Source: Eledone cirrhosa (taxonomy: Eukaryota). Taken from it: DNA of 64,000 nucleotides. The translations under genes and the position numbers were made by a program. The notes under the pieces were generated by a model. That model did not search any database, was not told the origin of the DNA, and saw nothing but the letters and a program-made list of their open reading frames with translations. The stretch covers positions 58,776,001 through 58,840,000 of the forward strand of contig OZ024744.1 of the NCBI GenBank assembly GCA_964016885.1, in the 5' to 3' direction. Shown here piece by piece: positions 24,491 through 38,635 of the stretch; positions within the stretch are counted from its first letter, which is position 1; each line of letters begins with the position of its first letter.

Positions 24491-27400
24491 GTTCTTTGAG
24501 TCTCAGTCATTGATGTTATTTAACTGGAAAGTTTTTTGAAATGAATATCAAGCCACTACCTGCAGCCTCAGATAATCAGGACGTATCGGAGGGTTCTTGC
24601 TGTTCCCAGCAAGCATGCCTTTTAAAGTTTTGCAAAAAGCGAGGCGGGACCAATATTCTTTAACCATCCTTGGAAACTCTTTGAGATAGTGCCTAGTGCG
24701 CCTATGACAATCGGGACCACTTTGACCTCATGGCAGTTCCAAACCCTTTTTATCTCCCACTTTAAGTCCTTGTATCGGTTAATTTTCTCCCTCTCCTTCT
24801 CTTGCACTCTCAAGTCGAATGGGCAGGCAACATCCACAATCAGGCACGATCTTTTTCCCTTGTCCAAAACCACCAGGTCAGGTCTATTGTGTTCCAGTTT
24901 CTTGTCCGTCTGTATCCTAAAATCCCACAGCACTTCACCTGATCGTTTTCCATCACCGACTATGGCTTATGCTCATACCACTTCTCAGAATGTGGTAAAT
25001 TGTTTACTCTGCATAGGTGCCAGTGGATCACCCTGCCCATCACATCATGTCTCCAGCCCTTATAGTGAGTCTGGGCTAGGTGTTTACACTCGGATACAAT
25101 GTGAGCCACAGTCTCCTCTCTCTCTCCACAGATCCTACACAGTGGGCTAGCCTCCTCCTTGTAAATATGGTGTTTCAGCCACTTCGTTTTGAGGGCCTGC
25201 TCTTGCGCAGCCATTAGCATTCCTTCTGTAGCCTTTTTAAGGTCTCCTCTTTTCAACCAGTTCCATGTCTGTGGATCTCTAAATTCAGTTTTCTCAAAGA
25301 AGGCACTATGAAAGGATTTTTCATGAAGGTTGCGCTTTCTCCTTGTTGTTATTTCCTCCTTGGACATCCCCTGGTCTATTGTCTTCTCCTTCAATACAAT
25401 TCTGAGCATTGGCTCCCTACTATCAGTCACGTATTTGTATAGGTTGTTTTTCTCCATCTAAACACAGTCCTCTATGCTGATAAGACCTCTTCCACCTTCA
25501 GATCTCCTTAAGTAGAGTCTATCGACATCACTCCTTTTGTGGAACATGTTGTAGATAGTCAATAGCTTCCTAGTCTTCCTATCCATTTCTTTTTGTTCAG
25601 CAACATTCCATCTCAGAGTTCCCGCACTGTACCTAATAATAGACACAGCTCGGGAATTTACTGCACTTATGGCATTCCTACTGTTCAGATGTGACTTTAA
25701 TACGCTCCTTACTCTCCGAATGTATTCAGATCTTATCAATTCCTTCATTTTTTTGTTCTTGATGTCATCAGCCTCCAGAACACCTAAATATTTGTATCCC
25801 TCTTCAGCATCAATTTCCTTTATCATCTCACCTGTTGGTATCTGGATTCCGTTACTTCTGCTCAACCTACCCCTCCTCATCACAATGACTCCACACTTAC
25901 TAATACTAAATTGCATACATATATCATTGCTGAAAATACGGACAGTGTCAACAAGCACATCCAACTCCCTCTCACTCTTCCCGAAGAGCTTAAGATCGTC
26001 CATGAAGAGGAGGTGATTGATGGTAAGCTCTCCCTTTCCCAACTTGTATCCTGCTCTCACTTTTCGCAGTATAATGGTCAGGGGGATCAGGGCAAGGACA
26101 AACAACAGAGGGAACAAACTATCTCCCTGGAAGATACCTCTCTTGATCCTCACTCCTCCCAAAGATTCTCCGCCCGATGTTAACTCTGTTTTCCAGGACT
26201 TCATACTCTTGCTCAACAACTGTCTGATGTTATCTACCACCCTGAAGATCTCTAGGCTTTTGGTTATCCAAGAATGAGGTACCATGTCGAATGCCTTTTT
26301 GTAGTCTATTCAACCCATGGCAAGACCAGTGTGTCTCCTCCTGCAATTCCTCATTACCATCTTATCAATAAGTAACTGGTCCTTTGTACCACGGGACTTC
26401 TTTCGGCATCCTTTCTGTTCGTCCGGTAACAAGTTGTTTATGTGGAGGTGATGGTAGATTTCCTCAGACACAATGCTTGTTAACAGTTTCCACATTACGG
26501 ACAGACATGTGATAGGTCTATAGTTGGTAACATCATTACCCTTGGTTCGGTCTTTCATTACCAGAACTGTGGTACCTTTTGTCAACCACTCTGGTACCTC
26601 ACCTGACATCAAGCAGTCATTGAACATGGTTGTCAGTTTCGGGTGGAGGGATGTTATATTTGTAATCCAATACCCTTGCACACCATCTGGGCCTGGTGAT
26701 TTCCAGTTGGTCAGTTTTCTGGCCTGCCCCTTAAGAGTTTCAACTGTGATACTCAAATCAGTTTGTTGGTGTGCCTGTTCACTAATCTCCTTTTGTAGTC
26801 TCAATCCACACTGCCTGATCATTATGTTCAACATCCTGCTCCCATATTCCTCTCCAGATGTCTTAGTTTGTTCCGCCTCAGGGATCAAGTCGTTGCCTCT
26901 TTCTTTCCCTTCAAGCTGTCCAAACATCTTCTGGTTGTTATCAAACATGCGGTTCTGTCTATACTGACTGACTCTGCTCTCGTATCGCCTAATCTTTGCG
27001 CTCTTTGCTACAATGCGTTGCTTCAGCTCCTCTATGATAATATTTAGCTTTTTCCTCCTAGTTTTGTACTTTATTTCTAGTCTATTTTTAGTGTCTATGT
27101 TTTGTAGTGTCCCATTCAGTAGGGACTCAAGCTTTCCAATGTCATTTCTCATTTCCCTGATTTGACCATTCAGTCGTTTCTTCCATCAAGGTTCTGATCT
27201 TTCTTGTTTGTTGTTTCCTCTCGCTTTTATGCCAAGTAATTTCCTCACCGCATTTGCTGTTGCTTTGAGGATATTGTTGCACTGGTGAAGGTTCCTCGCC
27301 TCAAGGTATGGGATGACTTTGTTTACCTTAGCTGTTGTTTCTTTTAACTTTTTCCTGTCTACAAATCTTAGGTTCATAAGTTTTCCACTATCATTGTTCA

Positions 27401-27768
27401 TTTCATCTACCACTAAGTTTAGGATATCAACCAAATCTTGTCCAAGCCCTTCAGTATTCATTTCCTCAATGGCCGTATCTTTGTTCCAGGTATTATTTAT
27501 TTCAGCATTCAGATCATTGTCTGCTTCGGATGCTTCCTCCGTTCTCTCAACCTCTTCACCTTCATCTCCCACTGGCTCGTTTGCCTGGCACACTCCACTC
27601 TCCATTTCCAATCTAATCTCTCTGCTGAGTTCTTCCAGTTGCAGCTCGCTTATCCACCCATTAGTTCTAATTACCCGAGCCTGCCCGGCCAATTTTTGTT
27701 CATCTAATTTAAATAGACCCATCTCGTTCCAGACGTTATGCATTCGTTTCCTATACCCTTTTTCCTTG
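24490..27768 (-). mobile_element. R4/Dong-clade RLE retrotransposon, long and lightly disrupted
   Basis: NWKSPGPDGVQGYW, NYRPITCL, RGTKDQLLIDK, RGIFQGDSL, HLLFMDDLKL, YKYLGV, CRICG..ETVAHIVSEC, RHD, HNRPDLVV..IVDVACP; 3' end at (AAT)n. Confidence 0.93.
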
Positions 27769-27899
27769 GAGTTCAAATCCCGCCGAGGTTGACTTTGCCT
27801 TTCATCCTTACGGGGTCGATAAAATAAAGTACCAGTAATGCACTGGGTAATTGCTGGCCTTGTGCCTAAAGTAGAAACAATTATTATTATTATTATTAC

Positions 27900-27945
<46 letters not shown>
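27769..27945 (+). mobile_element. SINE-A 3' part with long (ATT)n tail
   Basis: 109/112 identical to 21344-21455 by my count. Confidence 0.9.
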
Positions 27946-27950
<5 letters not shown>

Positions 27951-28424
27951 CCCCTACACCCCCTCCCATTTTTGTCCACAGCACCCTTACACTATAAAAT
28001 TATGATGGTATCACAAAAACACCGAGTCCACTCTGTAAAGCGGTCGTGTAGGTGTCACGTAAAAAGCATCCAGCCCACATTGTAAAGTGGTCATGTAGGT
28101 TCACGACAAAAAACACCCAGCTTTCACTGTAAAGTGGTCGTGTAGGTGTCATGACAAAAAACACCCAGTTTTTATTTTTGTTTTTGCTTCCCACTTTTTT
28201 TCTTATTTTTATTTTTTCTTTCTCTCTTTTATGCATTTATATTTGTATTTATCAACGACATTATATTTGTAATGTTATTCTGAAAGAATTGTGAGCTGTG
28301 TGATGTTATTTATGCATTTGTAATGTTAATTATACAACTGTGAATAAAGTTCATTAAATATAAGGTAAAAGTGTAAACTGTTGTTTTGTTTTTCTTACTT
28401 TACTCTACTCGAGTATCAAAACCG

Positions 28425-28610
28425 AGTGGTCCTCCGTCGGTTTCAACGATGATTGTTCCAATTGTGTGATCAACGAAACAACCTGCTCGTAAAATTAAAG
28501 TGCAAGTGGCTGAACATTCTAGTGATATATGTGCCCTTAACATAATTCTCAGGCAGATTCAGTATGACGCAGTGCTTTTGACGAAGCAGGCCCTTTGAAT
28601 TACAGATAGA
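28425..28610 (-). mobile_element. SINE 3' region, third family
   Basis: Homologous to 41260-41420 and 56650-56830 (CAGCCACTTGCAC..TAATTT..CGAGCAGG..GTT..GTTGATC block). Confidence 0.6.
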
Positions 28611-29439
28611 ATACATCCAACGGGCTGCTATACAAGTTTCACTGATAAGGCTGTGGCCAACTTGAGACTAACGTAACTGGCCCTTGCCCTAGATGCCAGG
28701 TGGTGAGATCGAACGCGGGGCCTTCTCATAACAGGAAATTATGATTTCAACATGAAAGAAGAATTTCATGACTAACAACAATTTTCGTTAATAAATACAT
28801 GAGTTGCTATGAGCTTCAAAAGAAGCCAACATCATAGTCATGGGTATTGAACACAGATAAAAAGTTCAATTTAATAGAATAATGACAAGTTATTTGTTCA
28901 TACATATATATATATAATATATATTTGTGAAATGGGCGGTGGTTGAAATTCAGATGTGCACGGTTAAATGGTAGTAGACGTGGTCGGGTCGGGCTGATAT
29001 GAAAATTTACGCACCTATGTAAAGTGCCAAGGAAGCAAATAGACGGGGTTTCAAATCTCTAACTTGAAAAATGTGGTCCCTGGGGCCCCAAAACTATCCG
29101 CGTTCGGTGAGTTATTTCCCCCTCTTCTAATACTTATGTATGCATGTAGTTATGTGTTTATATGAGCAGGGTAAATCTTACTTTGTAGACAGCTTATCCT
29201 TAGCATAATATTCATGCTAGAACAGCATATATTTGAAAGTTTTCAGGGAGTTGAATTACTGATTTTGGATCGGCAGCTTTAGCTTTGAAAAAATGAAATG
29301 TGCAGTGTAAACATTTTTTATTATTCCTCCGGGGATGAATCTTCTCTGCATTTTTTCATCTCTTTCTTTCTCTCTGGAAGAAATCAGCCGTAGTAAGACC
29401 TAAAAAAAATGGTTAGATACACCATGACGCACCGTGCAT

Positions 29440-29554
29440 CACGGTGGAGTTGAAAAGCGGACTCAGAACATGGCGTTGTGTGGGGGTGGCTCGCAGCCCA
29501 ATGTTCCAGGGGGAGCAAAAGAAGAAGAAGAAAAAGAAGAAGAAGAAGAAGAAG

Positions 29555-29584
<30 letters not shown>
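29440..29584 (+). mobile_element. Short LINE 3' end with (GAA)n tail
   Basis: GCAGCCCAATGTTCC runs into (GAA)n; resembles RTE-type termini. Confidence 0.45.
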
Positions 29585-29585
<1 letters not shown>

Positions 29586-30280
29586 GAGCTGGAGTCATAT
29601 CAAATATGTAGGTTGTGTCTTAAATTGAAGGTTTAGTAGAAACAATTCATGTATAGTTTTGTACTTTTCTTTTTGTCATTCATATATAACCAAATCTACT
29701 ATATAAATTGGAAGTGGTCGGACGTTGTATATGTAGGTGTAGTCGGATAAACGGCTCGGTGGAATGCAGCGAAAATTTACACAGTTATGCAGAATGACCC
29801 TAGGAGACGTTGGGTCGACTTTCAAGCTACAATCTTCCATGATTACGGAGAAAATCGATGAAACAGGAATTTCCCATTCAAATTGAACTGAGAGTAATCT
29901 GTGAATGCAGAAGTAAATATTTCGAGAAACGTTGCAACCGAACGAAAACAGGAAGACGATATTTTGGTTCGTAACGACGTTCCCTGGCAATGAACGGGAA
30001 AAAAACGAGGATAATACGTCGTTATGTGGAGCGTGAAGAACAATTTCATGTAAAGACAAGACCAAGTTTATGGTATAAATGGAGTCGTTAGACTAATATT
30101 CTATTTAAAATAACAGAATGATGTCCAGCCCCAGAGTTTAAGAATGATGTAAATAAAATTGAAAACGAAAATGACAGAGGTTATTAAAATAGTAAAAGTA
30201 AATAGTGAAGATTTAGGCCAGTACATACGTATGCTCCGACGGACATACACATACATACGCACACACAAATACATACACAT

Positions 30281-30365
<85 letters not shown>

Positions 30366-30379
30366 AAATAAACCTTATG

Positions 30380-30808
30380 CATTTCTACAGTATTTTCACC
30401 AAACTTAAGACATAGGTTACTTATGTACTCCGGATGGTCACGGGCACTGTCATTTTTCCAGATATTGATTATAGGGCCTCCCGGCAGATAACCCCTTTAA
30501 CCACTTTAACCACTTCCTTGGAGTCGACTGAAGCATTGCAGTGCAATGCAACAAAACGTCATAACTTGTGGAGTTCGCAACCGATTTTCACAAAACTTGA
30601 CACATGGGCTACGTTTGTTCTACAGATGAATGGGAACTCTCAGAATTGGCACATATTGGGTAGGGGACCCTTGGGGGCAGGAACCCCCTTTTGGAAAAAG
30701 CCGATGATTTTGTAAAAGTATAGTTTTCGAAGCAGCACTGAAGTATTGACATAAATGGTATACACAACTGCTATTTAATATCCGAGCAACGCCGGGTACC
30801 TCTGCTAG
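30380..30808 (+). mobile_element. Non-autonomous Helitron
   Basis: 3' hairpin CCGAGCAACGCCGG then CTAG|T; internal repeated TTTTCAC[C/A]AAACTT motif. Confidence 0.7.
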
Positions 30809-30919
30809 TATATATATATATATATGGCTGACTAAACACAAGCGTTTTCCAGCCGTATAAATATTTTTTCCGTTCTTCCTCTTCTTACTCTCACCTACCT
30901 CACTATTACTTCTGCTATC

Positions 30920-30968
30920 TCTCATTCTATCTTCTGGAAATGGTCTAACGTCCAAAACGTTCAATCCC
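30920..30968 (+). pseudogene. Degenerate hammerhead motif of a PLE-derived repeat
   Basis: 39/49 identical to the reverse complement of ~38854-38902; core CTGATGA is mutated to CTGGAAA. Confidence 0.65.
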
Positions 30969-30983
30969 TTTTACAAAATTAAG

Positions 30984-33900
30984 CGTCAAACTAACATATG
31001 TCATCATTGTATTGTATCGTCAAACTATCATATGTCATCATAGTATCGTATCGTCAAACTATCATATGTCATCATTGTATCATATCGTCAAACTATCATA
31101 TGTCATCATAGTATCGTATCGTCAAACTATCATATGTCATCATAGTATCGTATCGTCATACTAACATATGTCATCATTGTATCATATCGTCAAACTATCA
31201 TATGTCATCATTGTATCGTATCGTCAAACTATCATATGTCATCATAGTATTGTATCGTCAAAGTAACATATGTCATCATTGTATCGTATCGTCAAACTAT
31301 CATATGTCATCATAGTATCGTATCGTCAAACTATCATATGTCATCATTGTATTGTATCGTCAAACTATCATATGTCATCATAGTATCGTATCGTCATACT
31401 AACATATGTCATCATTGTATCATATCGTCAAACTATCATATGTCATCATTGTATCGTATCGTCAAACTATCATATGTCATCATAGTATTGTATCGTCAAA
31501 GTAACATATGTCATCATTGTATCGTATCGTCAAACTATCATATGTCATCATAGTATCGTATCGTCAAACTATCATATGTCATCATTGTATTGTATCGTCA
31601 AACTATCATATGTCATCATTGTATTGTATCGTCAAACTAACATATGTCATCATTGTATTTTATCGTCAAACTAACATATGTCATCATTGTATTTTACCGT
31701 CAAACTATCATATGTCATCATTGTATCATATCGTCAAAGTAACATATGTCATCATTGTATTGTATCGTCAAACTATCATATGTCATCATTGTATCGTATC
31801 GTCAAACTAACATATGTCATCATTGTATTGTATCGTCAAACTATCATATGTCATCATTGTATCATATCGTCAAACTATCATATGTCATCATTGTATCATA
31901 TCGTCAAACTATCATATGTCATCATTGTATCGTATTGTCAAACTATCATATGTCATCATTGTATCATATCGTCAAACTATCATATGTCATCATTGTATCG
32001 TATTGTCAAACTATCATATGTCATCATTGTATTGTATCGTCAAACTAACATATGTCATCATTGTATTGTATCGTCAAAGTAACATATGTCATCATTGTAT
32101 CGTATCGTCAAACTATCATATGTCATCATTGTATTGTATCCTCAAACTAACATATGTCATCATTGTATTGTATCGTCAAACTAACATATGTCATCATTGT
32201 ATCGTATCGTCAAACTATCATATGTCATCATTGTATCGTCAAACTATCATATGTCATCATTGTATCATATCGTCAAAGTAACATATGTCATCATTGTATT
32301 GTATCGTCAAACTAACATATGTCATCAATGTATCGTATCGTCAAACTAACATATGTCATCATTGTATTGTATCGTCAAACTATCATATGTCATCATTGTA
32401 TCATATCGTCAAACTATCATATGTCATCATTGTATCACATCGTCAAACTATCATATGTCATCATTGTATCGTATTGTCAAACTATCATATGTCATCATTG
32501 TATCATATCGTCAAACTATCATATGTCATCATTGTATCGTATTGTCAAACTATCATATGTCATCATTGTATTGTATCGTCAAACTAACATATGTCATCAT
32601 TGTATTGTATCGTCAAACTATCATATGTCATCATTGTATCGTATCGTCAAACTAACATATGTCATCATTGCATTGTATCGTCAAAGTAACATATGTCATC
32701 ATTGTATTGTATCGTCAAACTATCATATGTCATCATTGTATCATATCGTCAAACTATCATATGTCATCATTGTATCATATCGTCAAACTATCATATGTCA
32801 TCATTGTATTGTATCGTCAAACTATCATATGTCATCATTGTATTGTATCGTCAAACTAACATATGTCATCATTGTATTGTATCGTCAAACTAACATATGT
32901 CATCATTGTATTGTATCGTCAAACTAACATATGTCATCATTGTATTGTATCGTCAAACTAACATATGTCATCATTGTATTGTATCGTCAAACTAACATAT
33001 GTCATCATTGTATTGTATCGTCAAACTATCATATGTCATCACTGTATTGTATCGTCAAACTAACATATGTCATCATTGTATCGTATCGTAAAACTATCAT
33101 ACGTCATCATTGTATTGTATCGTCAAACTAACATATGTCATCATTGTATCGTATCGTCAAACTAACATATGTCATCATTGTATTGTATCTTCAAACTATC
33201 ATATGTCATCATTGTATCGTATCGTCAAACTATCATATGTCATCATTGTATTGTATCGTCAAACTAACATATGTCATCATAGTATCTTATCGTCAAACTA
33301 ACATATGTCATCATTGTATTGCATCGTCAAACTATCATATGTCATCATAGTATCGTATCGTCAAACTAACATATGTCATCATTGTATTGTATCGTCAAAC
33401 TAACATATGTCATCATTGTATCATATCGTCAAACTATCATATGTCATCATTGTATCATATCGTCAAACTATCATATGTCATCATTGTATCGTATCGTCAA
33501 ACTATCATATGTCATCATTGTATTGTATAGTCAAACTATCATATGTCATCATTGTATCGTATCGTCAAACTAACATATGTCATCATTGTATCGTATCGTC
33601 AAACTAACATATGTCATCATTGTATTGTATCGTCAAACTAACATATGTCATCATTGTATTGTATCGTCAAACTATCATATGTCATCATAGTATCGTATCG
33701 TCAAACTAACATATGTCATCATTGTATCGTATCGTCAAACTAACATATGTCATCATTGTATTGTATCGTCAAACTAACATATGTCATCATTGTATCATAT
33801 CGTCAAAGTAACATATGTCATCATTGTATCGTATCGTCAAACTATTATATGTCATCATTGTATCGTATCGTCAAACTATCATGTCATCATTGTATTTTAT

Positions 33901-36900
33901 CGTCAAACTAACATATGTCATCATTGTATTGTATCGTCAAACTATCATATGTCATCATTGTATCATATCGTCAAACTATCATATGTCATCATTGTATCAT
34001 ATCGTCAAACTATCATATGTCATCATTGTATCGTATCGTCAAACTATCATATGTCATCATTGTATTGTATCGTCAAACTATCATATGTCATCACTGTATT
34101 GTATCGTCAAACTAACATATGTCATCATTGTATCGTATCGTAAAACTATCATACGTCATCATTGTATTGTATCGTCAAACTAACATATGTCATCATTGTA
34201 TCGTATCGTCAAACTAGCATATGTCATCATTGTATTGTATCTTCAAACTATATGTCATCATTGTATCGTATCGTCAAACTATCATATGTCATCATTGTAT
34301 TGTATCGTCAAACTAACATATGTCATCATAGTATCTTATCGTCAAACTAACATATGTCATCATTGTATTGCATCGTCAAACTATCATATGTCATCATAGT
34401 ATCGTATCGTCAAACTAACATATGTCATCATTGTATTGTATCGTCAAACTAACATATGTCATCATTGTATCATATCGTCAAACTATCATATGTCATCATT
34501 GTATCATATCGTCAAACTATCATATGTCATCATTGTATCGTATCGTCAAACTATCATATGTCATCATTGTATTGTATAGTCAAACTATCATATGTCATCA
34601 TTGTATCGTATCGTCAAACTAACATATGTCATCATTGTATCGTATCGTCAAACTAACATATGTCATCATTGTATTGTATCGTCAAACTAACATATGTCAT
34701 CATTGTATTGTATCGTCAAACTATCATATGTCATCATAGTATCGTATCGTCAAACTAACATATGTCATCATTGTATCATATCGTCAAAGTAACATATGTC
34801 ATCATTGTATCGTATCGTCAAACTATTATATGTCATCATTGTATCGTATCGTCAAACTATCATGTCATCATTGTATTTTATCGTCAAACTAACATATGTC
34901 ATCATTGTATTGTATCGTCAAACTATCATATGTCATCATTGTATCATATCGTCAAACTATCATATGTCATCATTGTATCATATCGTCAAACTATCATATG
35001 TCATCATTGTATCGTATTGTCAAACTATCATATGTCATCATTGTATTGTATCGTCAAACTAACATATGTCATCATTGTATTGTATCGTCAAACTATCATA
35101 TGTCATCATTGTATCGTATCGTCAAACTAACATATGTCATCATTGCATTGTATCGTCAAAGTAACATATGTCATCATTGTATTGTATCGTCAAACTAACA
35201 TATGTCATCATTGTATTGTATCGTCAAACTAACATATGTCATCATTGTATCGTCAAACTATCATGTCATCATTGTATTGTATCGTCAAACTAACATATGT
35301 CATCATTGTATCGTCAAACTAACATATGTCATCATTGTATTGTATCGTCAAAGTAACATATGTCATCATTGTATTGTATCGTCAAACTAACATATGTCAT
35401 CATTGTATTGTATCGTCAAACTAACATATGTCATCATTGTATTGTATCGTCAAACTAACATATGTCATCATTGTATTGTATCGTCAAACTAATATATGTC
35501 ATCATTGTATTGTATCGTCAAACTATCATATGTCATCATTGTATTGTATCGTCAAACTAACATATGTCATCATTGTATCGTATCGTCAAACTATCATATG
35601 TCATCATTGTATTGTATCGTCAAACTAACATATGTCATCATTGTATCGTATCGTCAAACTAACATATGTCATCATTGTATTGTATCGTCAAACTATCATA
35701 TGTCATCATTGTATCGTATCGTCAAACTATCATATGTCATCATTGTATTGTATCGTCAAACTAACATATGTCATCATTGTATCATATCGTCAAAGTAACA
35801 TATGTCATCATTGTATCGTATCGTCAAACTATCATATGTCATCATTGTATCGTATCGTCAAACTATCATGTCATCATTGTATTTTATCGTCAAACTAACA
35901 TATGTCATCATTGTATTGTATCGTCAAACTAACATATGTCATCATTGTATCGTATCGTCAAACTAACATATGTCATCATTGTATCGTATCGTCAAACTAT
36001 CATATGTCATCATTGTATTGTATCGTCAAACTAACATATGTCATCATTGTATCGTATCGTCAAACTATCATGTCATCATTGTATCATATCGTCAAACTAT
36101 CATATGTCATCATTGTATCGTATCGTCAAACTATCATATGTCATCATTGTATCGTATCGTCAAACTATCATATGTCATCATTGTATTGTATCGTCAAACT
36201 AACATATGTCATCATTGTATTGTATCGTCAAACTATCATATGTCATCATAGTATCTTATCGTCAAACTAACATATGTCATCATTGTATTGTATCGTCAAA
36301 CTATCATATGTCATCATAGTATCGTATCGTCAAACTAACATATGTCATCATTGTATTGTATCGTCAAACTAACATATGTCATCATTGTATCATATCGTCA
36401 AACTATCATATGTCATCATTGTATCATATCGTCAAACTATCATATGCCATCATTGTATCGTATCGTGAAACTATCATATGTCATCATTGTATTGTATAGT
36501 CAAACTATCATATGTCATCATTGTATCGTATCGTCAAACTAACATGTCATCATTGTATTGTATCGTCAAACTAACATTTGTCATCATTGTATTGTATAGT
36601 CAAACTATCATATGTCATCATTGTATCGTATCGTCAAACTAACATATATCATCATTGTATTGTATCGTCAAACTAACATATGTCATCATTGTATCGTATC
36701 GTCAAACTATCATATGTCATCATTGTATCGTATCGTCAAACTATCATATATCATCATTGTATTGTATCGTCAAACTAACATATATCATCATTGTATTCTA
36801 TCGTCAAACTATCATATGTCATCATTGTATCGTATCGTCAAACTATCATATGTCATCATTGTATTGTATCGTCAAACTAACATATGTCATCATTGTATTG

Positions 36901-37008
36901 TATCGTCAAACTAACATATGTCATCATTGTATTTTATCGTCAAACTAACACCTGTCATCATTGTATTGTATCGTCAAACTAACATATGTCATCATTGTAT
37001 TTTATCGT
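30984..37008. repeat. 34 bp satellite array (~177 units)
   Basis: Unit CGTCAAACT[A][T/A]CATATGTCATCATTGTAT[TG/CG/CA]TAT, head-to-tail with no spacers. Confidence 0.98.
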
Positions 37009-37529
37009 TCTTCGGTGTTGCTTTTACACGATGACATTTCGCATATATAAATACATGCATATTTAACGAAGGGTATTTTTAGTAGTTGTTAGAATGATTA
37101 TAACAAAGTTGTTAGATGAAATAACAAGAATGGCTGATTTACTTTATATATAAAGGTTTACTTCACTTGTGTTAAAAAGAACAATAAACATGTTACCACG
37201 AGTAGCGAAGGTTGATAATGTTATTTTTGTTGTTGGTTCATGAGGCTGGTGTAGTCTGAGACCATAGTGAGAGAAAGAGAGTAATGGTCTGTATACCTCT
37301 GAATAGTCTGTAGTTGACTGTAGACCACTGTGGCCTGTAGATAGCAGTGAATCTTTCACATAGCTGGTCTGTATCGTGGTGCTCTGATCTCTCTGTATCT
37401 AAGGTGGTAAAATATAGGCTTTATATACCTGTCGCTTTCTGTCTCCCACCTTGAGGGGATAGCCCACGCATGAACCTGTTCACACCAAAAGGGTGGTAAC
37501 CTAGAGTTTGACCTTTAGGTGTCACCCAA

Positions 37530-38635
37530 GGAAACGGATATGTTTTACTAATTAGGGTTTTTATGGGAATACCTGGTCTTTCAACTATCTTAATATTTCA
37601 TATTTTGTTTGTCTAGGACCTTTCTAAATCTATAAGTTAGTTCGTCTCTGGGAGTTGCATTGACGAACATTACACTCTGGTATTTATACCATGAGTTTAT
37701 TTTATTGGTCTTTTTCTTAATTCTTTCTATTTTATTCCAAAATTTGCTCCTATACTTGGGGTAAGTCCCATTCGCATCATTTTCAACAATTTTTGCGGAT
37801 TTTGTCCTAGCTTCTTTATATACACTAATCTTGTCACTCTCATGTACCAGAGAACTGCATGCGGTGGATGAAATGTTGTATGTGTCTCTCTAATTCTTTA
37901 AGATTGCACATGCAGGACACGTTCCTCATCACTCTTACTAAGTCCGCCATCAGTATGTTGATTTTCATGTTATCCGAAACGGCTGGCTTTCGGTGGATCA
38001 GGTACTTGGAGGTCATGGATTTGGGATAATGCGAATGGCGGACTTGTGTTAATAGTTTCTAACCAGTTCTGTGTCTAGTACATGTAATCTATGGTTGGTG
38101 TGTTTTGTTGGGTATTCTATGGTAATTTTAATACTCTCATGGATGGAGTTAGTTATTTGCTGGATGATTTCCATGGTGTTCCTTTCTAATTCCTGACCGT
38201 TCTCTTGCAGGGGTGTTTTCATTACAATGTTGATGTCATCTACGTAGCAGGAGTACATAGTCAGGGTTATAGAGTTCTCATCTAAGTGTTCCTTAAGTCT
38301 ACTGTCCCACCATAGTCTACTTTTCCTTAAGTCTACTGTCCCACCATACCATAAAGAGGTTAGCTATGTCACCAGCAATGCTGATGACAATGGCTGTCCC
38401 CGCCTCTAGGGCATATGTTTTGCCATTAAACTTGAACATATGTCCCTTAAGGATTAGTTTTATACTGGCCCCCACCGCATGTGCGATTATTTTCTTTACT
38501 TCATCGTGGTTTTCGGGGGTCCGTATGGCTCTGATCCACCCGCACCATCTTTCTGTGTGTGTCTTCTTGGCCATTAAGGTAATGGTAGGTGGTCTTCCCT
38601 TCTCTGGCCTTGTGGACAGAGGCTGCTATGGTCGT
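37530..38635 (-). mobile_element. Penelope-like element RT and thumb fragment (non-Naiad)
   Basis: GRPPTIT, HMFKFNGKTY, IAGDIANLFMVWWD, YVDDINI, NSIHESIKITIEYP, SVMFVNATP, IKIVERPG; 24 bp internal duplication at ~38291-38348. Confidence 0.82.

Noticed and set aside
30984-37008. CRISPR-like array or Cys/His-rich protein ORFs
   Set aside because: Contiguous 34 bp units with no unique spacers and no cas genes; ORFs are translations of the repeat.
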